Below are positions 51,396 to 61,638 of a stretch of DNA of 64,000 nt, piece after piece. Source of the DNA: Nemertoderma westbladi (Eukaryota > Animalia > Xenacoelomorpha); NCBI GenBank assembly GCA_032718475.1, contig JAUCBJ010004059.1, positions 11,013 to 75,012 on the forward strand. The letters run 5' to 3'. The first letter of the stretch is position 1; every line of letters begins with the position of its first letter. A program made the translations under genes and the position numbers. The notes beneath the pieces are model-generated. The model was not told where the DNA came from. It worked only from the letters and a program-made list of their open reading frames with translations, and ran no database searches.

Positions 51396-52699
51396 ATTTA
51401 TTTTTTTTACTAAAAACAGAAAACCACTTAGCTGTCAGCTCGCATAACTCCAATTTTTTATTGTCACTAGGTTATATCATATAAATAATGTTTCCACATA
51501 AGGGGGGGGGGGGGGAAATAAAACTATAACTTGTTCTGTTGATTTTAGTTTATTGTTTTGGTTAGAATAACGTACCACTGTATCCTGATCCTTTCCATAA
51601 ATTGATAATAAATATATTTATATATATAAAAAAATATATTTATTCGCCGACATGAAATGATCGTCCAGTCCCCCCACCCTCTCTCAATGTTTCATAAGAG
51701 ATTTGCTTTAATCATGACTAATTTAGCTTATTTCCAGATATTGCTCATACAAGATAACAAAATATTAATTTAATTAATTATAAATAAAACAAAATCACAC
51801 GCGGAACTCTCACAACAGGCGTCTGCACCAGAAGTCTGCGCCAGGTGGCTGCACCGGTTTCTGCACCAGTTTCTGCAGCAGTGTGTCTGCACCAGGTGTC
51901 TGCTTAATGTTAACACCATTTCAGACTATTAGACAGACTTACATGTGTATATCAAGTTTGGTTTCAAATATTCAATCTAAGATTGACTGAATTATTAGGC
52001 CCGCCGCAAAAAATTCGCAATAATTTTTGAACCAAAATTTGGGTGAAAAATTATTTTCAAGGATTAAAGTATTTTGAAAAATTTTAAAACGAGATATAGG
52101 CCTATGTTATTCCGGGATAATTTCCTTTAGAGTTTGAACACTCTGGGGTCTCTCAATTGGTTAGTGCTGTTTGGCAATAAGGCCGCAGCACACCACCTCA
52201 CTAAAATTATCTATATAGGGGTGGTATCGGTATATCGGTGATTCCATTTCCGACGTCAGTTTTAATCCGTCTGAAGTCGATGTCAGCCTTGACATAGCGG
52301 TAAAATTAGTTGACCGTCTGTCGCCGCCATTGGAAATGTTTGAACGTTAATAGCCGGTCGCTACTTGGTACACATGGTGTAGTCTATCAAAAGATTAGAA
52401 ATTCCACACACAGACAGGCTTATATGGTTCCTCTGTCAGCCGCCAGGGGGCGAATTGTAAAAACCTAGAAGTAGCTAATTTATTGAACCAATAAGTGATG
52501 TTGTCTACTATCTCGTTGCATTATCAATTGTAATTGCAATTATCAATTCGATAAAAACAGAATTTTTAAATCAGTTTGTCAGTTTACAATATTTTCTTTA
52601 ATCGCTCGAAAATCAAAACTGTAGTCATATAGCTCTACTTATATTATATCATGTTTCGCACATTCCAGAATATAAAATTGCACTTAATAGTGTTTAACA

Positions 52700-52990
52700 T
52701 CATAGTTAGAGGCCTACAGAAGCCAGCTGCAGAAACAGGTCCAGTGCAGACACTTTCGAACAAAGGATTTAGATTGACCATAGAATAAGCTATAATAAAC
52801 TTAAAGGATATCATTCTTGAGCATGTGGATGGATGACTTCTGCTACTTGGGATCATGGATCCGAAAGTCAGGTGAACCTTCGAATACGTTAAGGGTAAGG
52901 CATGGGTAGCATTGAATGGGCTGTCCAGGATTTAAAAGTCATATATAATAAAACGGAATCATATAGTTCGAATATTTAGGAGAGCCCAGG
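52700..52990 (+). mobile_element. Old RTE LINE relic
   Basis: DDFCYLGSWI...KGKAWVALNGLSRI parallels VDDFQYLGSWI...KAKAWVALSKMDTI of the RTE at 24.7-26.4 kb. Confidence 0.7.
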
Positions 52991-53269
52991 GTTACGATTT
53001 CCATGGATTTGAAACCAACCCATTTCAACACTAATTTGCATGCAATCTTAGAGTAGCTAGCAGCATCATGAACCACCCTCTATTATCTGGCAGCTTGGAA
53101 TGGGTAGCTAAACCCACGAAACACCCTATACTATCTGGGAGTTTAGGTGGGGGAGCTACTTTGTTCTGGGCACACCCCCTCCAAAATTTATATACTAGGT
53201 AGTTCTTGTTACATGGCCTTTTGAAAATGTTTCTAGAAAATATTAAATTCTTAAATTTGATTAAAAATA

Positions 53270-53445
53270 TTGTTCAAGAATAAATAATTGTTGTGTTGTT
53301 CTAGAACAAATAATTGTTGTGTCGTTCTAGAAAAAATAATTGTTTTGTTGTTTTAGAAAAAAATAATTGTCGTGTTGTTCTAGAACAATTAATTGTTGTG
53401 TTGTTTTAGAAGAAATAATTGTCGTTCTAGAATAAATAATTGTTA
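53270..53445. repeat. ~26-bp tandem repeat (AAATAATTGTTGTGTTGTTCTAGAAC)
   Basis: About 6 degenerate units. Confidence 0.8.
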
Positions 53446-53954
53446 TTCGAGAACATTTCATAAAAACAATTTTAATGTTAAAAACTATTCAATAATTAAT
53501 TATCACAGATAGTGATAGTGATTTTTATGGTAGTTAGTACTGGAAGCTAGTTTTTATAAATAAAATCTTGCCCCCAGTCACCGCCCCCAGTTAACTCGAT
53601 TGCATGGCCTTGTATATAGTACGCCTTGGTTACAACACCATGAAACACCATCTACTAGCTGACACCATGAAACACCATCTATTACCTGACACCATAAAAC
53701 ACCCCGTACTAGATAATGAAACAATTACATGGAATAAAATGCTGTCTAATAAACAAAACAAGAAATTCATAAAACTTCATTGCAGTAACAGTAAAATAAA
53801 CTAACACACCATATATATTATTTGTACCGAAAGAATTACATAAATTTAAACATATTATTATAAAACAAACTATTTGTTTACACCATTGAGTTGAGGCAAT
53901 GAATCACTTAATAGGATTATATAATAAATGAGACTACCGATCAAGAGAAGTGAT

Positions 53955-54773
53955 CTATGGAAAGGGACATGTAATAAAGACTGAAACTAGAATAGCAAGT
54001 TATACAGTCACAGTGAATGGTAATATTATAGACTTACCGTATGTACAATATTCATCTAATAGTAATATTGCCGACTCAAAAAAATACTGAGTAAACAAAT
54101 GGTATTGTTTGGAATAAAATAAATTGTATGACATTATATATAGTAAGATAGATAGTAATCACAGGAGATACACACATATATTAATTAACTCGCATTATTA
54201 GCTACTCGAATTAGCGCTCGAAATTAGCACTTATACCATTAGCGAACACGAACGAACACCTATTTTCTAATATTTAACACCACAAATTACTGAAATCTGA
54301 TATTATTAATCTTGATTCCTATATAAACACATTTTATTTAATAATAAACTATAAAAATAAACTAACGCGCTTCAATGTTGCATCTCGCTTTATTGAAGAT
54401 TATAAAGTTGAGACTTACTGGTAGAACAGTCAATTCTATTTCTATAAAAGGACTTAGTTGCGATTTAAATAAATAAACAGAGTGAAGTTGTTTTGGTAGA
54501 AATCAATGTAAGGTCTCATGTTTTTTCTTAATTTGTTGTTAAATTTTCGAGGTCTCAGTTTCTTATACAAATGAATACTTACCGACAGTCAGTACTAATG
54601 GCACCAGAACAGGTGCACTAAAATGTTAGTGGTAGGTATAATACCGGTAGGCGGTAGGTTTATTTAGTTTCAGTTTATAACATCAAAAAATATTATTTAC
54701 CTTTTTGTACCTGGCAACTGGTTTTGCATCGCAAAATGCTTAGGATGTAAGGTAAAAAATAAATAGTACGCAT
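53955..54773 (-). CDS. Putative micro-exon gene for a 54-aa secreted cysteine-rich peptide; exons 54711-54773, 54583-54617, 54419-54441, 54038-54055, 53955-53980
   Basis: Exons of 63/35/23/18/26 nt with GT-AG introns (three GTAAGT donors, one weaker CAG|GTACAA) splice in phase to MRTIYFLPYILSILRCKTSCQCTCSGAISTDCRNRIDCSTNEYCTYVFITCPFP*. Confidence 0.65.
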
Positions 54774-55669
54774 ATATATTTTCTATTACTAAAAACAGAA
54801 AACAACATCTTAAGCACGCATAACCCCAATGTCTTATTGTCAGAACGTTATGTCCAAACAAAATAAATTTGCATAGGAAGGAAACTTTAAATGAGACTAA
54901 TTTAGCTTATTTCCGGATATTGCCTATACATGGTAACAAATATCTTAATTAAATCAAGTTAATTAATTAGAAATAACCCAAAATCACACACTTGTACTAT
55001 ATGCACTCTACAGTACAAAGAGACAATTTGCTTCAATGATTTCACTTATAAGTTTGATTCTTTATTACAAATTCAGAGACATGAAATTTTCCAAGTGAGT
55101 ATGACAATATCAAAAATAATAATTCATACATGTATGCAGCTACTTTACAATCTATTTAATACATCTACAGGACTACTATAACATTAATTATCAGATCAAT
55201 GCGTAATACTATAACTATATTATACTAAAAACACAATGGGCCATATGAGACTTTAATAATAGACATAATTGGGTTGTACATCTATCTCACAGCTGTTAGC
55301 AGAGATATTTAAGTAGTTTAGTGAAGTTAGAGATATTGGTAGGGGTACATACATATTTTTGTGTTCAGTGTGGGATTTAGTACCTGTGGTGTTGGCCATA
55401 CATTATATTGTACTCAATATGAAATTAGTTGTATCAAGTTGGACATTTCATTGGATTACGATTACATTGGTAATGGTTATTGTTTATTGACATCTGGTTA
55501 CAATACTATATTTTGGTAATGGGTGATACTATCATGTTAACGTATGTAATATCGTGATAACATGGTAACATCGCGCAGTGTGGGGGGTGTAAAAGCCTTT
55601 CTATTAATTAATCCTAAAGAACCTTAATATCAGTCTCGATTACAACGGCTTAAATAAGGATCATAAAGG

Positions 55670-55930
55670 ACGGCAGGACTGTTGAGCTCTGTACATGACT
55701 GTACGGGATTTACTCTTCACACCTTCACCGGTGACCATTGTCTTATTGTGGCTAAGAAATCTGCATTGCCATGATGGCGTGATTGGATCTCTATATTGCA
55801 ACAGCTTCACACTGCAGCTGAGCAACAGGTATGACACGACACGTCGACACATTATGAGGGCTATAATGCCATCACAGAGGCAGTTAAGGCAGAAGCTGCA
55901 GAAACAGTTCCTGTATGGTACAACCGCAGA
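55670..55930 (+). mobile_element. Possible decayed LINE (RTE-like) endonuclease/linker relic
   Basis: One frame reads TGDHCLIVAK (SDH-like) ... YNAITEAVKAEAAETVP, with stops. Confidence 0.35.
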
Positions 55931-56811
55931 GTTTGCAATAAACTTTACTTCAAACATTAGCAATTCCATGTGAGGACTTATAAGTTTTGTTGGGCACAGC
56001 TTTTGCAAACACTTCAGTTCCAGCTAGCGGCTCAGGTAAAAGGTAGACCTGGAAATGCTACCTAATAATACCTTGTACGTCCGCAATTTACCCCCACATG
56101 GCCTCACATCTATCAATGCCATCATATGCTGCCACTGTGCTCAACAATGGCCAGTTAACCACTCGCTACAATGAAAGGGTAGTGTATATTAACCATGACG
56201 GCCACAATGATTAATTAAACACTCTTAACTACTAATTTAGGCAGGACAGTTACACCCCTAGAGAAATGCAACCGGTTTATTTTTATAAAAATTATAAAAA
56301 TGGCCGTCAAAATAAAAACACACAATTGAAGAAGTTGACAAAATAACGCAACAATGATTACAATCTCACCGCAAGGGAATTCCACCACTAACCAAGGAAG
56401 CCAAGTGTATGTTTTATATTAACAAAGGAGACCAAGTAGACATCAGGATCATGTAACCCATCAATGGAGACTATAGGGCTTTATTTCCCTGACACATTAT
56501 TCCCGGTACACGTATGCAGTTGTACGTGACAACAGTGGGAAGTGCATTAGAAATGGAACATATGATTCCTTAGAACCACAAAGTATTAGCCACACAAGAA
56601 ATATTACCATCATCACCAGTTTGTTCATTGACCCCTACCAACAGCTGGTTTCAGTCCAATAATGTATTTATATAAAATATTGTTCAGAAATATTAGCAGT
56701 CAGAATATTAGCCTTGAAACATTAGGTGATGGGCCAACAGACATCACAGACAAAGGTTGAAGCAGTGGTACCCATTAAGAGCTTACGTACTTCGTCGCAT
56801 AGCTCCACTTA

Positions 56812-57213
56812 AGGCCCGTTCACACTTACCGGTGCTTCAGTGGTAAACTACCCACTGACAGGTATTTAAGACCCAATGGTTAGTCGTGTGGTATTGAAGC
56901 GGTAATGCAGCGGTACACTACCCAGAGCTCGTTCACACTCAATGGTACCATTGCTGTAACTGGTTGTTCTATCTGTTCCCAGTTAATTCAACCGTCCAGA
57001 CAATCATTTTATTAACATTATTTCCAAGGGGTGCGGTAAGCTCTGTGGTATACCGCACAACTACATGTTGGGTCGTTCTCAGTTAATGGTAATCAAAATC
57101 TTTTACCGCTCAGTCACCGCTCGTATACCGCAGGGTCGTTCACACCCAAAGGTGTACTGCTGACCCTGCGGTACACCTAGCGGTGTAGCATTCCATTGGA
57201 TGTGAAAGGGCCT
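56812..57213. mobile_element. PIF/Harbinger-like MITE
   Basis: TIRs AGGCCCGTTCACA / TGTGAAAGGGCCT; TTA TSD at 56809-56811 and 57214-57216; internal GTTCACAC and GCGGTA repeats. Confidence 0.78.
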
Positions 57214-57384
57214 TTAAGAAGTACTGTGGGCTGTGGAGGTTGGAGTTATTGACAGTAGTTCACATTGTTTGTTTGGGTTAAGTAATAATGAAATTTTATA
57301 AACTACAAACGCATAGAGCTAAAAGGCCACTCTTGTGCAAGTAATTGCATCAGCTGTTTATTTGAATCTACTGAATTAAGTGAA

Positions 57385-59721
57385 TTACGCATCATTGGTA
57401 TCTACAATGGGATCCAAAATAGACTGTATTGCTGAATTGATAGCAAATACAGCTTGTGAAATCTGTCTAAATGTGTCCATCTTTGCATCAACATCATCCT
57501 GATTTTTAATTGAATGTTTAAAAGCATCCAATATTCCAGCAAACCCTGCCCGACCATAAATATTCATTCCCCCGGAATAAACAACATGACGCTTTAGTGG
57601 GTTCCCGGTAATCCCAAGAGGAATGATAAAGTTACGATCGAATAAACTTAACTTATCATTCAGTCTTCTGACTGCCATCACATCGTATTTGTCTATGGAT
57701 TTCTTTGATGCTTCGAGATTCCTTGCAGCTGTGGTCAGGTTCTGAAGTGCATCTTTGAGATCAACAACTAGACCCTTAAAATCAACTCCTTTTTTAAACC
57801 ATGTGGTAAGATTCTTTGTGATGTCATACTCATTATCCATTCTATTTATAAGCCGAAAGACTGTAGCTGCATAGCCATCCACATTCAGTGGTAGTATGAC
57901 ATCATCGACAAGGCAGAGTAAAGACAATCCTGCGAGTTGAGCAACCAAGCGGTGACAATGGAAATCAGGGTCAATAACCTCATAGTAGCGATAAGTGTCA
58001 TATGCAGTGTGGTAAGTTGGGTATCGAGTCACAGAAGTCCCAATTAGGTTTGCTTTCATAGAAATATCCATAACAGAAACGCCTGCATAATTAATAAACT
58101 GAGCGTAATCGGAACCAGCGGAGACTGGAGTAACATGAGGGAACACGCTATACTCCCCTGGGCCAGTCTTGTTAGCAATCTTGCGTTTGTACAAGTCTTG
58201 CTCCTGTTGTCTGCTCGCCCAAACATCGCGGAAATTCTCACCTTCTGGGGTTTCTATTTTATTAGCCGCGCTGGTGATAACATCTTCCATATTCCCAGTG
58301 GCTCCAACATTCAGTGTGTAATTCCCCTCCACAGCAAGGTCCACATTTACATACGCCACCCCCCGAGCAGCGAGCTCATGTTGGTATTCCTCCACCCATT
58401 CTGTTGATCCAATCAAACCAAATTCCTCTCCACCCCAAGAGCCAAACATCAGCGTGCGTCTGGGAGACCAGCCATCTTTCCTTAGCCCCCCAAACACCCG
58501 AGCCAACTCCATTAGTACTGTTGTCCCTGATCCAGCATCTATTGCACCACGCACCCAAGAGTCTCTATGACTACCTATCATAACATAACGATCTGACTCA
58601 ACTGATCCATAGATATAACCAATCACATTAGAAATTTCCCTGACCTCATTCTCGTTATTTGTTGCTATGGTAACTTGACCTTTATTGTTTGCAAAACCTG
58701 GGCCAGCATTGTACTGTAACCCACTAATCTCACCTTTCCATGAGTCAGGCAGTGGTTTATCAGAATTAAGATCTTCCAGAACTAGTTTAGCTTGCCCATA
58801 ACCCATAGCGATTACGGGGATAGTTGGAAAGGTAAAATTGTCAAGTTTGCTTTCCGGAATCTTGTACGCATACTTGGTAGAAGGGAACCCAGGTGTCTGT
58901 GGGTCTCCTGTGTGGATCATGTAGGAGCCCCGTTGGACCCCAGTAGGGGGTAGGTAGATCCCCTCCGGATGCAGGGCTGATGTTGGTGGATTACCAGGTG
59001 CCACCTCGTGTGGGTCTGAATAGACAATAAGTCCAACACACTTCCTCGCAGCTGCTTCGTATGCCTTGGCTCCACGGAAACCCTTGCCGAATCGAGCCAC
59101 ACAGATCTTCCCTTCGGGGTCAATTCCTAACTGTTTAAGGAAATCGAAATCTTCCGCTCTCCCATAATTAACATATATGACCTCACCAGTAGCCGTGCCA
59201 GAAGGGGAATAAGCAGCATATGGGATCACAGTATCAGAGTCCATCTCCTCCAATCCGATTGCTTTCTCATTATCCACTGTAAAGTCTAGACTGGAATCTC
59301 CAGAGAATTTAACACTCCCAGGTTGTTTTGGGTAGGACAACAGAACATTGTACTTCTTGATTTCAACATGATCCAAACCAGCCCGCTTCCACTTCCCTGC
59401 GACATAGTCAGCCAATTTGCTATTACCCAAAGTCCCCGCCAGATGGGGCTTCTCAGACATCTCTTTGTTGATATACTTGAGCCGGTAGGCGTCTATATCA
59501 CTAAGCAAGCGATTACGCACCCAACTCTCTACTCCAGTATAGGCCTTGTAGTGAAGAGGATAACGGGGGTGACTGAAGTACCCAATGAGAATGCCAATAA
59601 CAAGGGCCACCACAACGACAACCAATGCAATCAGACAACATTTATAACGCTTAATGCAACTCTTGGGTTTTTTAATCTTCTCCCTGGGAGTCAGACAAGC
59701 TTCGTTTAGATTGGTCATCAT
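57385..59721 (-). CDS. Glutamate carboxypeptidase II / NAALADase-like M28B type II membrane peptidase, 778 aa, single-exon CDS
   Basis: N-terminal TM (LIALVVVVVALVIGILIGYF), PHLAGT, PA domain (YVNYGRAEDF, VQRGS, GDPQTPG), Zn/catalytic motifs GSHRDSW, GAIDAGSG, WGGEEFG, YVNVD, YHTAYD, and a TfR-like dimerisation C-terminus. FOLH1 versus NAALAD2 orthology cannot be resolved by eye. Confidence 0.95.
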   Translation of the reverse strand: MMTNLNEACLTPREKIKKPKSCIKRYKCCLIALVVVVVALVIGILIGYFSHPRYPLHYKAYTGVESWVRNRLLSDIDAYRLKYINKEMSEKPHLAGTLGNSKLADYVAGKWKRAGLDHVEIKKYNVLLSYPKQPGSVKFSGDSSLDFTVDNEKAIGLEEMDSDTVIPYAAYSPSGTATGEVIYVNYGRAEDFDFLKQLGIDPEGKICVARFGKGFRGAKAYEAAARKCVGLIVYSDPHEVAPGNPPTSALHPEGIYLPPTGVQRGSYMIHTGDPQTPGFPSTKYAYKIPESKLDNFTFPTIPVIAMGYGQAKLVLEDLNSDKPLPDSWKGEISGLQYNAGPGFANNKGQVTIATNNENEVREISNVIGYIYGSVESDRYVMIGSHRDSWVRGAIDAGSGTTVLMELARVFGGLRKDGWSPRRTLMFGSWGGEEFGLIGSTEWVEEYQHELAARGVAYVNVDLAVEGNYTLNVGATGNMEDVITSAANKIETPEGENFRDVWASRQQEQDLYKRKIANKTGPGEYSVFPHVTPVSAGSDYAQFINYAGVSVMDISMKANLIGTSVTRYPTYHTAYDTYRYYEVIDPDFHCHRLVAQLAGLSLLCLVDDVILPLNVDGYAATVFRLINRMDNEYDITKNLTTWFKKGVDFKGLVVDLKDALQNLTTAARNLEASKKSIDKYDVMAVRRLNDKLSLFDRNFIIPLGITGNPLKRHVVYSGGMNIYGRAGFAGILDAFKHSIKNQDDVDAKMDTFRQISQAVFAINSAIQSILDPIVDTNDA

Positions 59722-59821
59722 TTCTCAGTTCAATCAATAAATATATTGTATAAAGCAAGGAAGTTGTAACTGTCACAGAATTATAAATGCAGACAGACCT
59801 ACACAACTTACAGTAAAGAAT

Positions 59822-60110
59822 TTGTCGCCCAGGCGAAGAATACCAGGTTTTCACTTTTCGATCAAATTATATTGGAATTTTATATATAAAGAATTAGTAT
59901 TTTTTTTAATTGCTCCTTATTAAGTGTTTTGTAGTAGTTAGTAACATGTACAGATTCTAAATCGTTAATGTTTTGGCCTTCTGTAACCTGGGTTTTTGGT
60001 GAAAGCTTGGTATTCTTCACGTGGGGGTGAAATGAAAAGTGAAATATGATAGCAGAAACTGTGGTATGAATATAAAAATGTAAAAATGGGCCGAATTTGG
60101 ACATAACATA
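59822..60110. repeat. Dispersed repeat; related pieces at ~62500-62620 and ~63365-63480
   Basis: cgcccaggcgaagaataccaggttttcacttttc versus cgcccaagtgaagaatatcaggttttcacttttc; ggtattcttcac(g/a)tggg is shared. Confidence 0.6.
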
Positions 60111-60901
60111 ATAATTATATTAACAGTGAAGTATACTTTACATACGCTGTATTTTGCTTTATATATTTTTCAGCAATGGCGCAAATTGACCACAATTGAA
60201 AAAAAGAAATGTCCATCAGACCCAAACTGAAATAAAATTTCGTAAATTTATTGTTTTTGATGTAAAACACCGCCATTATAACATGCTCCTTAAATTAATG
60301 TTTCAAATTAAATTTAATATCTTTTTTAAATCCGCTAAACACATAGTTAGTGTTTGTTTGAGTTCAATGTATATTGAGTTGAGATTGAGTTCAAAACATA
60401 TATTCTAATATATATACTGTATATTATTCTAACTAGAATTTACTGTGTTGAAAAATATTGGCATTATAATAATGCAACTAAAAAAATAATAACTGGAAAT
60501 TACGACAGGGGAAAATAAATATATGGTATATTTAAGATTAGGGTTGGAAAATGTTACATTATTCGAATGAATTCATAATTCACAAAATTAAAACTCCAAG
60601 CAAACAGCTTAGAATTATAAAAAATTTGCCCCACGATAATTTACCCTAAGGCTTTACTATTATAATAATTACATTATAATATATTGTAACTGCTTGTAGT
60701 TATAATGCAGGCGTCATAACTAAATCTTAACAATTTCACTGCAAACAATTTACGTCTTCTTTGGCAGGTGTAGTGGTCTCTCTCCTGACATTATATTAAT
60801 TACAGACCCAAGTAATACACTACAGGGGGCCTGTCTAATTAGGCGTAAAACATAAAATGGTTGAAAGAATGGCTATATTTATAAATAGCTCAAACTAATT
60901 A

Positions 60902-61638
60902 CAGTGTTGCCTCGCACCTGGAACAGTCAAGGAATTTCATTTTTTCTTAAAATGGCAAGGAAATGTCACGTGGAATATTTGTAAAAAATGGACAAAAAGT
61001 CAGGGATTTAGATATTAATAGTGTGTCATAAGTGAAAATGAGCTAACAGTTCCTCTGCTCGCGTCGATCGCCCTTCCATCTCCTCGCACCAGTAGTACGT
61101 CTATTCGCTTCTTTGTTAATCAATAATTTGTCTTGATATTTTTGTACCTATGCAACTTTTTGGAATATAATAAATCGGCCATGAAAAAGTAAGCCTACTC
61201 TGGAGTCACGAATAGACGGGGCGACACGGCTATTATTTTTGCAAAAAATCCACCCACAATTATCTTATTCCAGACACCCCGACTATAAATTTTTTCTAAA
61301 AAAATTAGTACATTTATTATTATGAGTAAATAAACGTTTATTCTCATAATAATTGAGAGTTGAGAGTGAAAGAAAACAAAAACGGTGAACCGAGTATACC
61401 ATACCGGTAGCCGTAGGTACTGCTGTACCTGTACACCTATACAGTACTCGATGTTAAGTAAGTAGGCCTAAGTTTTCAAAATTATCCGACTATTAGCACC
61501 AATGAAATTTTTCCACCCACCCCGTTTATTCCACCCACCCCGTCTACTATTAAAATGCAGTGTACATGCAGTCAGGGAATTTTTCAAAAAGTCAGAAATG
61601 TCAGGGAAAATTGAAACTGAAATAGAGTGGCAACCCTG
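60902..61638. mobile_element. hAT-like MITE remnant, apparently with a second element nested inside (~61196-61565)
   Basis: CAGTGTTGCC... / ...GTGGCAACCCTG termini and internal TCAGGGAA repeats. No clean 8-bp TSD. Confidence 0.4.

Noticed and set aside
58056-59709. Overlapping antisense and alternate-frame ORFs within the GCPII-like gene (likewise over the TDP-43-like gene, GTF3C5, DENND11 and LINEs)
   Set aside because: Shadow ORFs of real coding sequence, with no recognisable motifs.
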